From Sphagnum compactum (lineage: Eukaryota), in contig OZ234493.1 in assembly GCA_965153455.1 (NCBI GenBank), positions 26,464,213 to 26,528,212 of the forward strand: a DNA stretch of 64,000 nt, written 5' to 3'. Position numbers and translations under genes: made by a program. Below, in pieces: positions 36,752 through 52,189 of this stretch. The notes below the pieces were generated by a model. That model made no database searches, was not told the origin of the DNA, and saw nothing but the letters and a program-made list of their open reading frames with translations. Position 1 is the stretch's first letter. Each line of letters opens with the position of its first letter.

Positions 36752-37752
36752 CTCCAAACTTCCTAGGGTTGTTTTTGAAATAATGTTTTTTTAACACAAA
36801 AGTTAAATGAATAATTCAACATAATTTTCACACATGTTGAATCATCTTTTTGTGTTACGTGAAAATTTGAATCATTGAGTTAGGATCATCCATGCAGCTT
36901 AAGCTTGGTATATATATGTGAATTCCAATTCAAAGGAAAGGTCATCACACTCATCGAAAGATCTTGCCTTATGAGAATTGTTCACCCGAGTCCAGATTAA
37001 TTTTCCAGCCACTTTCAATAGCCAAAACCATATATATGACTAATTGCATCATGAATGCATTACACACAAAAATCCTCCTACAAATCTTATGAAAGAATAT
37101 AGACATGAAAGCATGCAAATGAGCCTCTAAATGCTCCACCCACAACTCCTTATGACAGAATATCAACATGAAAAAATAAGTATGAAACTAATTCTTCACC
37201 TAGCTCCCTTAAATGCCTACTTGAAGGGGAGATTGAATGAATTATCCAATCCTTTGGTTTAAGTTCAATATTTTTTTTGATTCATTAACTTCAGGCCTAT
37301 AAGATTAGGCCTCCTTTTCGTCTTCAAAAATATGCCTCCTTTACATGGATGAACTTTTATTATATGACTTTTGTTGATTTTTTAAAATATTCTTGTCACA
37401 TATGAAGTCAATCAAATTGACTTTTACTTGTGTCTAACTCAAAATAACTTAGTTACTTATCTAACTCATATATGAATTTAAAATAAGTTTGTAATCAAAT
37501 TATTTCCATGCTTAAGACCCATAAGGTAATTCTTTATTGATCATAATCACCCATCTTTTTATCCTACTCCATAACTAATATTATTTACAGATTTTATTTT
37601 TAGAGGTTAATTTTGGTGTGGCATACCCCCTTTGGATACCAGTTGAATTTTTGCATTCATGATTGGGTGACTAACCTAAGTTTCATAAACTTGTTTGGTT
37701 TGACCCCAATTATGTTTGGGCATTTTGTGGCAAATCCAAACTCACAAGCTTA

Positions 37753-38070
37753 GGACACTAGTGAAAAAAAATAAAATCAAATATGAGTAAAAATATATGT
37801 GCAATATATTGGTTGTTGGGTAAAAATTATAAGTTAATTAGTTTTTTAATATGGTACATTTTATTCATATAATTAATTTAATTATAATATAAGGTATGTA
37901 ATAATCTGAAATAATGGTTTATAATTAATATAGGGTGGCTTTAATATGTATATATTAGATAATTAGATAATAATAAAGGTGATAAAAATAAGTTGGACAA
38001 TTATCTAATATCCCGCTGAAAATCATCATTTGACACACGTAAATCCCAAACTTTGCATTAAGTGTTCCCC
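37753..38070 (+). mobile_element. ~310-bp MITE, copy 1 (GGACAC.../...GTGTTCCCC termini)
   Basis: Aligns along its whole length to the reverse complement of 62568-62873. For example, GCAATATATTGGTTGTTGGGTAAA matches TTTACCCAACAACCAATATATTGC, and AAATCCCAAACTTT matches AAAGTTTGGGATTT. Confidence 0.75.
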
Positions 38071-41000
38071 GAGATCATAAGCCCAAGATGGTAAGAATCA
38101 TGGCCACGAGGCTTTGGAGTTGATGTTAATATTGCAAATCATCACTTGGGATGATACACTAGCCTATTTACACAAATGAAAATTGAACCTAATTATGTTT
38201 ATTTCCTCTTCGTTGGGTGAGCACAATGCATGTTGGGCCAAAAGCCACAACTAAATGAATGAAAAGGCGTTGAACTTGCCCAAATTTTCCCAATTTTTGG
38301 AAGAACGAATATTAAAATATAGGTATAATGTGGGAAACATGTTCCTAGTGTTTCTTCTCATAAATATTGCCAAAGATTTTTAACTTGAAATTCCATGTGT
38401 GCTTTTAATGGGTACTCCCCCATGTTTCCACATATGTTCCCAAAGTTGGACAATACTAGTGGAACTTCCATGCATTCGACATGTTTTCTTTCAAAGGACA
38501 CAAACAAAAACAAGCTTGTGTTTCCATGTGCCAAGGCAAAGTCTAAACATTTGCCATGTGCAAAAAGCTTCCATTTTTTAATGCAACAAGCACGTCATGT
38601 ACGTGATCGTGCAAACAAAAAGCAAATTTCAACCTCGCAATTTGTAAAGTTGCATCTCACAATTCTCAAGAAAAGTGATCAATCTCTTCCCCACCACCTA
38701 CCTTTCGACATGGATCGTTCATCTATTGTCTATGTTTAATGTCTCAAGGTTCAAAGTTCTTTTTGTTTCATGTGGTTTCATAAGAAGATACAAGATTGAG
38801 CTTGAGTGGGTTTTGATCAAAAAGTCCCATTGCAAAAATATTAAACCAATGATTCAAGTCATTTTTCTTGGGATGAAATCAGTGTGAAAAGCAATATGTT
38901 CATATTAATATGTACTCTTAAAATCATGAAGTACATTTACATTTTTAACTTATACAAGATTGCATTGATCACAAATTTTCATGAAATTCAAATACTTGGT
39001 TTGAATTACATGTTATATCATTGCAAATTTGAACCTCAATAGAATAGATCTATTGTATGCACACTAACAATGGCTTAAAATCAAGGATGTATACGTGTCA
39101 AATTAATAATTAAATGTTGAAATAACACAACATTGAAGAGATATGTAACAAAAACAAGAAATCGCATAAACACACTTCAACATGCAAATCATTTCAAAAT
39201 TGATTTGATTAATATGGTTGACAATATATGAAAGCCCCCAAAAAATGAAAGGGGATAATTAAATTGTTGGCTATTGGTTGTTAACATTGTTATTTATAAA
39301 AAGTTCTTTTTCCCCCAAATAAATCACATTTTCAATAAATTCTAACCCAAAAATAAACACTAATTTTTTTAGTTACAAAATGTGACAAGATTGAAATTTC
39401 TAACATCGTAGGAAAAATTAAATGTTATAATCTGCCTCAAAGTAATAGAAAAACCTTGATAGTTTTCAAACTAGAACTCAAAATTGTTTGTTTCTCAATT
39501 ATAGGACAATTATTAGGCAAGTGGACCATTGTAAGTTTATAATAATGCAAAAATAATTTAAAGAAGTGACAATTTAAGTCAAGGTTTTTAAAGTACCTTT
39601 GTGATCCAACATCCCATATGGACTTCATATAATGAAACACAAGGTGTGCACATATATGTTAGGACTTTTGGTGGTGGTGGCAATACCCCCTCCATCCTCT
39701 TTTCCCAAAATAATGGGGATGGGCAATTGATTGTCGAAGCCATAAAATAATCACAAGTGAACAAACAAGTGCAACAAACAAGATTTAAAGTTTGAAAAAT
39801 TGTTTACTAATGTATCAAGTTTTTGGTCCCGACATGTCTTCATCAATAGTTGAAAAGGAAAGTATATTGATAAGATATTTGTGCCAAATGTGTAGACACC
39901 AAGGTTGAAAAATCATGGGGCTAAAAACTTGGGGTTACCAAGAAATTTTAATTCTACCTTCATTACTAAAACAATAAGAATGCATCAGTTTGACAACTTT
40001 ACAACAAAATTTTATATCTTTTTTGCGCAATGTAACTTCCAACTATTTTAAATTCACAATAAAAACCACCTTGGCATACAATCTAAAAGTCCACATTCTC
40101 TACTTTAAAATTTCAATTCTAAGATGTGAATAAAGTGGAATCAAATCCTTTTAGAACCTCACATTGAACATCATGGGAAATTTGATTGTTGGCATATACA
40201 CACTCCCCACACACAAAAACAAAGACTTGGTATAATCCCCACCTAACTACACCCATATTTGCTTCAATAAATAATTTGTTTTTACTTTAACAATTACATT
40301 TTATGTCACACTTTTTTACAATTGTTTATTTTTCAACAAATCTTTTGTTTCAACATTTAGTGACAAATATCTAATAACTACTTGATTTATTGTCAAACAA
40401 ACATTCCCTAAATAACATTCCACCAAATCCCTAAAGAACAAATTGAAAATCCATAATAACAATGATCCTAATATATTCAATTCTCACTTTTCATGCATTA
40501 CACATTTTTCATAAATCTCCAATGAGCTTGATGGACTAATAAATGTATTTAAAAAACACCTTACTTTTTTTTCCTAACACACAACTCCTTACAAACCCCT
40601 CTCCTCAAGATTCTCTAATTTCTTTCCAATTTACATGTAAAAAAATACTTTCAACAAAATTGTATGCCAACAATTATTCCCATGATGCATTCCTCTAAAT
40701 TTTTCATCACTTCCCACTCATGATCCACCTAGATTAAATTGACTTGTCCTTATCCTATTGATCACCTTATGTGCATAAAAAATAAAAGAAGGCGGTTTAA
40801 TTTGAATATGAACAAGACTCATGATTATCACAAAATCATCTTTGTAGTTTCCAAGTATCTAAAGGCCTTCCAACATTCTGAACACAAGAACACACAAAAT
40901 TTCATTTAATTTTATTCCTCTATTTTGTTCACCTTCCTCCATTTTCTCCATTTATCTCCTTGGTTTTGCATTCTTCCCACCATGTAGAATCTCCACCAAA

Positions 41001-42949
41001 ACACCCAATAACAACATTCGTGAGTAAAACACCAACACCACACCTACAACATCACCTTTGATGGTTGGAGCTTGCCACTATTATTCATTTCATTTGCACA
41101 TTCCATAACACACAAAGGAACAAAACAGATCTATTCTAACGACACATCCAAAAAGCATCGCACTCACAGCTTCTCTTGATCTAAGAGGTTTACTTAAAAA
41201 TAAACAATCCATCCCCCATATTGCAAATTTTTTTTGACAAAATAGTTAAAATATTGTTGTCATTCTATCTTCTTGCATTTGGTGTTTTTAACATTCATCT
41301 AAAAACAATATGGATGAAGGATTTGTTTCCTCTCAAACTAAGTTATACAATATTAAATTAGTTGTGTTTGCCCTATACGTGTTTGGCAAAACCTAAAATC
41401 ATACATGCATGTCTCCTATCTTGGGGTAATAATAGATTTTTATAACATAAAATGCAACAACAAGACAAACAAATTAATCAATTAAAATTTAATTTCATCA
41501 TGATTTTTGTTATTAAATCTTCATCAAAGCCCTGTTGAAGTTTTTAAAATAACATCAAATTAATTAAAAACATCTATATCTCAAAAATAATTTTATATCT
41601 ATTTTAACATTGACATGTTTTATTTTAATCAATTCTTGCATAATATTCCAAATCACTTTTTTAAGAATCTCATTTTTATAAGATTTAAAGGAATTGAAGC
41701 TAATTATTCATATGTTTATCAAACAAATTTCATTTAAAATTTTAATCATATGAATTGTTTTTTTAGATTTCATAGTGATATGAAATTTTGTGATACAAAA
41801 AGGCAAATGACAACCCAAAAAAATAAAATATAGAGGCATGATTAAATTAGTTACCCAACATTCGTATTTTGAAAAGAAGCCCAACAAGTACATGGATAAA
41901 CTTCAAAACAACCCATCAATTAAATGGGTGCACCCAAAATCTACACATGGACATCCATTAGCTTGGGGCGATAACAATTTAATTTAACTACAATTAGAGT
42001 TTATTATCAAATAATTTTTTTAGAACAATGGATGTGGTCAATTTTGGTTTTTAAATGATAATATGATTTTTTTTATTGCACACATTCATCATATGAGGAA
42101 GTATTAATCAACGACATTTATGTGGTATGAATGAAAACTCAAAATATCATCCCCATAAAAAAAATAAAAAAAAATTAACAATGATTCAATTTACTTAAAC
42201 TTTCAATGTAATTTTTTTAGGTCCAAATTCATGCTTTTACAAACTAACAACAAATAAGAGATTTTCTTAGGTGTTTGATAATTATGAGAAGGATAAAACC
42301 CTTTACACATCATTATGAATAATAAAACACCCTTTGTATGTGTTTCCAACATGTATCATGTCAATGAACAAAATCATGTGTTCTAGAGGGCGGGGTTATT
42401 ACAATTTAAATCATTAATTTCCTACGACATATTATTACACGAATATATATAAATTTCCATGTGTTTATTCATGTAAATTCATGTGCTTAAATATCACGAT
42501 TTCATTGTTCCTATTCCAAATTACTATTAATGTGTACATCCATGGTAACATATAGATTTTGTAGTTGGAACACATAATAAATTTGTACTTCTACCTAAAA
42601 TTTAGACAATCACATTACTTTCACAATGTAGACCAATAGGTTTATTCAATATAATTTCATCCATTGTCCATCATTTTAACCAATACCATGATGACACAAG
42701 GCATACAAACCTTATTCACCCTTTTATTACATAATTTGGGCTCCGTGCTACTTCGCACTACCAATGATGATGATTAATGTATTTTGTGTGGACATAATAA
42801 TTTTGCTGTAATCAATTTTGTCTTTTCAAGAGATAACATTTTGTAAATTTCATTATATGTCATTTTTTTCCATTAATATTTTTTTACATTTTTGATTTGC
42901 GAAGCAAAGGCCAATGAAAGTTCAATTCATTAAAAAAGTTCACAATAAT

Positions 42950-43115
42950 ATACAAATAGACAAAAACAGAAAAATAAACATGAAATGGTGTAAAATAAAC
43001 AACAAGATACAAATAAACAAAAACATTGAAAGGGTGCAAGATAAGACAAGAAGATACAAACAGACAAAAACATTGAAAGGTTGCAAAACAAATAACAAAA
43101 TACAAATAGACAAAA
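42950..43115. repeat. Degenerate tandem repeat, ~46-57 bp unit, ~3.5 copies
   Basis: ATACAAAYARACAAAA recurs at ~42950, 43007, 43054 and 43100. Confidence 0.75.
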
Positions 43116-46100
43116 GAAAAAAAATGATTCTAAAATGGAAATTGATCTATGAATTATAATCCAGAATGACTTTGGAATTGTCGCAATGATGATCACCAAA
43201 ATACCCATCCTACATAACCCAATTCTAATTAAACATCATCACTAGAATTTATTATATGTTTGAAGTTATGCATATTGCAAGTTAAATCTCCTATTTGAAA
43301 ATTGAAAATTATAAAACATCCATTTGTTATGTTACCAAGGTCCTTGGTGTTTAGTACTTCCAATGGAACGAAGAAATAATAATTTCTTAGTAACATGACA
43401 AAAGCAATATGTCTTCCCAAAGGGTTTACCAATGTTGTAGTGGATCAAAGAATGTCAATAAATACTAGACAACATGGTTGTCCTTGCTAAGTAGTTTTAT
43501 TATATTCATTGAGTCCCTTTCAACATATTCGTACAACATAATACCTTTTCTAACTTTGTGGCCTTTTAGAAGTCATTTATACTATTTAACAGTGCGAGGG
43601 AATTTAAAGTTTTATGGAGTTGAATAAGCATTTAAACTATATGCAAAATGTTGTATAATTGAATGAATCAAGGTCGGTATTACAATTATCATCAATGATT
43701 GGTGCATTGAACTTTTGGATAATGTTATGAAATTAGTTGAACTACTTTATGGGGTAATATCATCCACTTTATTTCTTTTTCATCTAGTTGTGGTTTTCTT
43801 TTCCTTTCATAAATGTAGTATTTCATGATGTTGCATAAAAGGTCCAACTTTTGGCCCCTCCTTCAAAAGTCAATTTTCAAAGTAAAACGATTATGTGTTG
43901 TGATAAGTTATGTTCATGAAATGCATAACTAGAGTACAATTAATTTGATTTTAATATCAAAATGTAATGCATCAAGTATAATGTTTGATCACATGTTTTC
44001 ATTTTAGAAAACACTACATCGCACCTAAATCAACATGGGTTTGTTTGCTAACATTTTGAATGCATTTTGTTCTTAAAGTGTGGAGTTTTATGAAATCAAT
44101 TTCCAATTGATTCATATATTTTCTTATATTTGTATTTCTTCTACTATTATATATAGACAAATATGTGATTGCAAATTATTTCAAAGTTAATTTGATCAAA
44201 GTTGTAATAAAAAATGAGGTGTATGGCAATTTTATCTAAGCCTTCAAGATGTTTAACATCATGGAATTTAAGGAAGTCCAAAGCTAGGATCCCAAGTTCA
44301 TGCCAAAAATGGACAAGTCATTACAATAGGACCACGGTTTTTATTCTCATAGCATTTGCGATGACACTAACTATAGATGTAATGTTATTCTAGTATAGAA
44401 TATATAACTACTCCATTTTGATTAACATAAAAAATAGATATTCTTGCGTTGTTGAAAAGTTTTATTATGTGTGTAAAATAACCAACTCTAAATTTCAATA
44501 TGATCAAATCAAACATAGTTTGGGTACATGTGACGGGTGCGGCACCTATATATATGTGGACTTTAAAGCTCTACTAGTATAACAAAAATAAGTTAGACAA
44601 ATTGTACCCTAGACTGCCAAATTCCATTAGTGACCTACAATGTTAGTTTTGATGTTACATAGATGCATTGAATGTAAAATTAAATTGATCTTATTGTTAT
44701 TTTCTTGATTTTAACTACCAAAAAAATGATAGTAGTGTGATTTTCATAGTCAAGCACAATGTTCAATAATAGGTAATCAATCAATTGTTGCTTATAGTGA
44801 TTCAAATAGCTTTTCATAAAATATATTATGGGACATCCATTGAAAAATAACAAAATGACCTGAGCTTCAATTCAACTTCAATCTTAGAGCCTAAACACAT
44901 GTACTACACCTATATATAAAAAATCAATTTGTTTGTTAACCCATATGATACCACATTTGTACATAATAAGGTTCAAAAACCATAAACACATTTAGTAGCT
45001 ACATAGTTGAAAATGTGGTTATAGTGGCATGACTAAATTATGTAATCAAAATATGGCATGGATGCCAGGTTCCAACATGTGCAATATAAAATATGTTAGT
45101 TTTGCTATTCAATATGCAATTGATAATTATACTAGTTAAATGTAATTTCAAAAACCTACAAATTGTAAAATCAATATATAACCATGTATGTACTTCACAT
45201 TCAGATGTAATCCCCTTACAAAATTACGTACACCATTATAACAAAAGATATTTCTTTGAAATGTTTGAAATATATATTTTAAATTAATGCAATGTATTTC
45301 TAAAATTTTAAAAAATAAAAAATATCATTAATTATAAATTGAATAAATGTGTATTTAATTATTTCATTTCATTTTATTATATTTTTAAACATTTAGTTTA
45401 ATAATAAATAATTTGGATTTACAACCCAAATAAAATTTAAAAATTCAAATTCAAAATTTAAAATATATATGTGGTTATGTTTTTTGCAACAACATTATTT
45501 GTGATGACATGAAATGGTTATCAAATGGATTATGGTTAAAAAGAAGGTAATTCTATTCTCACTTTGGACATCTTATAATTGTGAGTTACAAGAATAAAAC
45601 TAGTCATGTTGATTTTATATATATATATATAAAATAAGTCAAACGATGAGTTGTGAGTCCAAGAAATCACATCCACAATTTGGCTAGAAACTATTATTAT
45701 TTATAAATTTTTAATAATTTGAAAATTGAAAATTCCAAGTCATGGGTTAATGCCTCTAACAATCTCTCAACACTTTAATGGAAAATAGTTATATTATCAA
45801 TAATAAAATAACTGTCGTTTAAAAATTGATTCAACCACATCAACTAGGATTACTTGTCATTTTAGTCAACATAGACATGGTACTTTAGATTTTAGTAGGC
45901 ACTTGAGCATCATAACTTGATAATGTTTATGGTAGAAATGATTAGTCCATCCTAATTATAGCCAAAATGGTCCAATGTCCAATATGATTACATGTGTATT
46001 CAATAAAAGAATCAACATAAAAATCATGATTTGTAGTAACGAGTGCACATGTGGCCATGTCTACTTTACATTACTTACTCTTAACAACAAATGTATAATG

Positions 46101-46489
46101 TATTAATTAAACAACCATTATGCCAAAACTATGGTTTTATGATTTCATCCATGACTGTATTTACAATCATATGTGATAGAATTGACTAGATATTACATAG
46201 TCGATTTGAACACATTGCTGTTAACATCCAATCACAAACATGTTTGGTCATAAATACCAATACACATGACTTCCATGACTATGGTCATGTTATACATATG
46301 ACTATAAAAATGACAAACATGTATGACTATAAACATAACATTTGGTTTCAACTAATGTGGGATGGTTATTTACTTTCATTAAAAACCTTTGGTTTCACTT
46401 TGGTTTTTATTAACCATAACTAAAACCAATGCTTTTAACCCATGTCAAGCCAAATAACTACCCAATATTGGTTTCTAAACCTCGCCTTA

Positions 46490-47300
46490 TCTTATCTTAA
46501 CTTCCTAGCCTACACTAGCCTAGCTACTTGTACCTAACGTACCTAGCCAATTTAAACATAAATTTACTTACCTACCTAATTTACAACCTAAATGTAAATA
46601 GGTTGTAAGTATAAGGAGTTGAACCTCTCACCTTCACAATGTACATTCAAATTTTTCACCAATGCACCACACATTCATAAAATAATAACTTTCATCACCA
46701 TATATTGAATATAAACACGTTTATTTCATATCTTCTTAAATTAAGTAATGGGGTTTAAAGTTAATTCAAACATTGAGTAAGTAATGGGTTCATAATAGTT
46801 GGTAGGTAATAGGAAGGTAGAAATTTGACCATTATTTTGATACACTTACCTACCTACAATCTACCCACCTATTATCTACCTACTTACCTACATATCCATC
46901 AATAACTCAATGAACTTGCATATCACAAACCTACCTACCAACTATTTATTTTCCTCCACCCTAATTATTTATTGCCAACCTTGAACCCACCTATCACCTA
47001 CCTAATTACCTACATGCTAAAATTACCAACCTTAAACCTACTTATCATCAACTTACCTACCCACCTATACACACATGTTATTAACCCCAAACCTTCCTAT
47101 CACCTACCTACTTACATGTTATTTACATACCTACTTACTTACATACCTCTTATCAACCCTTGAACCTACCTATCACCAACCTACCTACCAATCTATTTTT
47201 GGTCCTTATTTTGATACAATGTTGCCATTTCTACTACCTATTATACACTCACCCACCAATTTATTTTTGGTCTCTATTTTTATACAATGTTGTCACTTGA
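46490..47300. repeat. Low-complexity ACCT/CCTA-rich degenerate repeat region
   Basis: Dense acctacct, ttaccta and atcaccta motifs; probably TE-derived. Confidence 0.6.
46600..46675 (-). other. tRNA-like RNA Pol III internal promoter relic (SINE head or tRNA pseudogene)
   Basis: On the - strand, an A-box-like TGGTGCATTGG (46669-46659) and a B-box GGTTCAACTCC (46625-46615) are separated by 33 nt. No intact cloverleaf is visible. Confidence 0.45.
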
Positions 47301-50300
47301 ATTTATAGAGGCCTTTATCTTCCTACCCCATTTGTTTCTCCTTTGGGAACCATATATTGGAACTTTATTTCTTTGGTTTGGATTCTTTGATTTAATTTAG
47401 GTGATACCCTTAAAGAGATTTGTATTAAACCTCATGTAATTGATGTCAATGACCAAAGGTGAGCTAGGGGGGCCTTATGTTGTAATCATATTTCACTATT
47501 AGTCTTGTAATCATAATCATGATTAAAAATAGGAAGTTGCAATGTACCTTAGTCACATTGTCATAATTAAAAGTGACTAGGTAAAGCACCTTGGCTCACA
47601 TGCCCACGTGCCTAACTTTGAGATGGTCACAATATGTCATATCATGAAAGCTATGTTTTGGTGTATAATTGTTAAGATGGCAAACATAAAGCTTAGTGGG
47701 TATAATAAATATTTGTAGTGAATGTTTACTGGGTATACCTACTCATAGTATAACACATCACAAAAACTATAACCAATGCTTATTTTACATGATTTTTAGT
47801 GTTGAACACTAAGGTAGCATCGAATATATTTTATGTATATATATTATTAGTGTTTCAAATTTATCATTATCTGGATGTTGAAATTAATCTAATGAATATT
47901 TATAGCATGTAGAAACATTTTTAAAGCACTACAACTAGTTAATTAAGCTTTATAACTAATGATAAAAACGATTGAAAAACCAATCCCAATCTAGCACATC
48001 AACCCTTTAATGTCTTTTAGGATTACATTTTAAAGCGATTTAGTAATCATTGTCACCTCATTATATATGTTTCTATAATACAACATCATTCATGGAATTG
48101 ATAAATTAGTTTTAGTTCACATAGATATGTAGTTGCCAAACTTTATATATATAACAAATCTTAACAAATGAGGATTGAAATATAATGAACCCATATAATC
48201 AAATTATCCGTGCAAAATTTCTAACATGGAAATTAATTATGCTTGGACATAGATTGTCATGAATAATGCAAGAATGGACTACAATTGGTTCTACTTGTGA
48301 CATTTTGCAACCTTAGAACATCTAAGAATGAAACATTTCAAATACATGTTGTTTATGTAGGAACAAAGTTATGGAGATGAAAGTTGTACAACCAATTAAA
48401 TATGTTCAATTTAGTTTGCAACTATAAGAAAAAAATTGGTTTAATCTTCTAACATCAAAATAAATTATATATATATATAATGTCATTTAAATGTTGTCTA
48501 ACATCATCTATAGAAATGTTTAACTAAGAAACCCAAACCAATTTCTTATGCTACATGGAAGTTTGGTTCAAACTACCTCACAAAATAAAATATTGCAATG
48601 TCAAAATTTTAATTTTCCCAAAAACGAACTTGGACCATCTTGGTAATAATAGAACAAAGGTCATTGAAATTAAGATATATGTATGATAACACTTAATGAA
48701 AGTTAGAGATAAAGCACAAACTATAGTGGCTAACCAAATATTGATTTCCTTGTGTAGTAATGCCACTTCATCCATTGTGCCATTTCACTAAAGGTACAAA
48801 TCAATTTATTATTGGATTTTTTTCCAATTTAACATCTTGGTTGTATGAAAGTTTGCCATAATTTAGCACAATCATTTTCCTTTTTTTTAAAGAAGGTTTG
48901 AATCAAGTTTGGTTGGTTACATTTGTAAAATAATTGGTGCATGGGTTGGTATTAAAGGCACACAATTTTATTCCACTAATGGTGGCTTTCAACATTGCAC
49001 CTATGTTGTCTCAAGAATTTGGTATCACATTAGAAATATTTTTAATGACATTGACTTTGACATGTTAATGAAAACATCTTCTTATCTTCCAATTGGTTCA
49101 CAACTAATATTTCATTCATAGAGATGTCAAACACATTTATTTGAATTCTGAGGCACAAGCATGTTAAAATAGGCCAAAATTGTGATCTTTAGTCAAAAAG
49201 GAAAAATAAGTGGAATGTCAATTTTCCTTTTGAATTTAATCATTTTGCCAATGTTATAAATTTTTACATGTTTTTGTCATATTAAATAAACCATATATGG
49301 TCATCCCCAATCTTCGTTATTATTCAATTATTTAATATTTATTGCAAGTTTATATTTTATATATTTTTCCAATCAAAATATTCAAATGATGTGTTATTAA
49401 TGTTTGAGCCATATGCATATTGATACACAATTTTGGAATTTGAATATTTCAATTATGACAATGTTAAGCTCAAACATGCTTTAAACATTTTTTTGAGGGA
49501 GCCATAAGAATGAATTTCAAAATGAAATATCATGATTATGCTTTATGTCTACTTTGTGCAAAATGGGACAACAACCCCAAATCAAAAAAAATGAATGAAA
49601 GTAGGCTAGAAAAAAAGTAACACAACTTAAGCTTTTAAAAACTCTTCACTACAAATGTTCATGTAGTTTAAATGTTAGTTTTCAAAGAATGTGTCCTACT
49701 TTTTAACCTCCAAAGTTGACAATCTTATTCTTTTGCATTTGCAAGACACTTTTTTGGCCTACTTTAACATGCTTACGCCATGTGATGCATATAATATTTG
49801 GGCACATGATGTGGTTTTCCTCAAAAAATTTGAACTTTAAAATTGAAGGTATGAATTGTGGGAACAACCAAAAGGAGTTTTTCGATTCGAATTAAAGGAT
49901 AGGTTTGAATCATTTATGGCAGAAACATTGTGGAAGGTTCACATTATACAATCCCATCATGGCCATACCAAGGTGTTTTCTATTATTGTACATCCTTCTA
50001 AGATGAATGATATGACACAATTTTTTTAAAATTTGCATTTCAATCATCATTTTGTGTCATTTTGAATTAAATTCCTTGTGCAAGTGATTAATACGTAATC
50101 TTGAGAAAATATAATGGGTTCAACTTGAAATGTGCATTAACCAATTATAAATAATGATTTAAATTTTGGCATATCTAGATTTTTAAGTTAATTAAACTTA
50201 AGTTGGATTTTCAAAATATAAAGGTTTTAGATTCCAGTGTCCACATATACAAATAAGAAATGATCTTATTATTTCCATTTTTATTGTAGATGGTAATTTT

Positions 50301-52189
50301 ACAAAATTGTTGAAGTTAATTGCTTATATAAGGAGGCAAGTTTGTAAGGCTTACATAGTTGGGGAGGAACTAAGAGGTCTAGAGGGGGATGAAGATGAAT
50401 ATATTGTAGGCCTCATAACAATAGATAAAAAATTATGGATGACGATTTTTAATTTGTGAATGTGGTTTCATCCATGTTGTGAAATTTCATAATTTAATTC
50501 ATTTCATCCATTCCATTGTATTTATCCATGCAAGGTCTTCCATTCATGTAATTTTCAACTTCATCAATATTGTGATTTTCATTTGTATGATTCATTTTCA
50601 TTCAATTGTAATATGTTAGTCGGTGTTTACTACATGACATTTGTTTTCTATAGAGGTATATTTGTTATTGGAACATAATTCAATGTGAACATGGTTCTAG
50701 TATTTTTTTTGTTTATGGGGTATAATGTCCTTAAGGTATGACTTTGAAGTTTATCTTTTGTGTTTTGAAATTTGTGATCACACACGAGGAACATGAAGTA
50801 TGGTTTATGCCAAACATTATTGAATTATGTTTTGTTTCTTGAATTTTCATTTAGAAAATAGAATTCATGTGCATGCTTTAATGTGTGTCCATGTTAGTTT
50901 TGATAGTGTTGGGTGTTGATTTAGTAGTGCATGACATATAATGTGAGTGTACATAGTTTTTTCCATGCACGCAATTTTATGAACATAAATTGATCCCTAT
51001 GTATCCACTATTGTTTGGTGTCATCACTTTGATCCATTATGTTAATTATATCCCTATAATCAATTTCAATTTTGAAATTCCTATGTTGATGTTCTGAAAG
51101 TTTGTCTACGGTATTCATTTGACCTTTAGGAATTGCATCTATATGGTTAACTTTCATCCACCACCATGCATTTAATATTTAAACGCATGGAAAATTATAA
51201 GTGTGGTAAATCTACTTCACTAGTATAATTTCATTCTATTTTTGAGTTTATTCCATCAAACAAAATCCCCTCCGCCTATCCCTTTCCCCATTTTTTTTTC
51301 TTATTGCTTTTACATTTTGTTCCATTTAATCATTCCCATCCAAAGTTCTATTATGTAACCATGAGTAAGTTGAATATGAAAATGCGCACGTGTCTGTTGT
51401 ATCCAAGTAGGTCCATAGATAGGGAAGTAAATGTTTAGGTCTCACACATACATAATCTTTATTGGTTTTACATTCTAAATATATGCCTTCCTCTTCTTTA
51501 TGCGATAAGTTTTTGATATACATATTTAAGCAAGTTAGTGATCAAATTTTTGCTTATTGAATATATGTATCTCACCAAGGACATATGTCATTCGCACATG
51601 AAAGTTATGAATTCATACATGATGAATGATATTATTTGCCTCAAGAGGACTTTTGTCTTTTGATCACAAACTAAAATGTGAGGCATAAACATATGATAAG
51701 AACAAACATGATATGACAAGGCACAAAAGCAAAAAGACCATGAAACAAACCAAATACATTAAAAAATACAATGGAACATATTTAAAATGTAACCATGAGG
51801 TTTAAATACCTAGTAATAACATGAAAAACAAGGAAAAGGTTGAGTTGTACCTCAACTTGTGTTGAAAATATTGAGTTGTATTACATGTACTTATGTCATT
51901 TGAAATTTTGAAAGGAAGGTTTGTGGAAACTTTCTTGCAAGCCATTCATAAGCTCTAATATTGTTTAGAGAATCTAGACATTCTAGGCATTTTATTGAAT
52001 TATCCATGATGGACATAGAGTGAATGGTGATTGATGTAAAATGAACAATGATGGATTTTTTTGTGTAAACTAATTTCCACGAGGTCCATTTTGTTTCAAA
52101 AAAATTATTCATTTTATTGAAAATCTAACATGGACAATAAAATGGACCTAATTGTGCACAATGCCACTTATCAAATATTCACAAAATAC

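Noticed and set aside
37756..37770. CACTAGTGAAAAAAA as a CACTA transposon end paired with ~62870
   Set aside because: Similarity extends outward into GGA/GGGG, there is no 3-bp TSD, and each copy has its own termini, which fits a MITE better.
38395..38739. 114-aa ATG ORF
   Set aside because: No recognisable motif in any frame, no splice context, and it lies in decayed AT-rich DNA.
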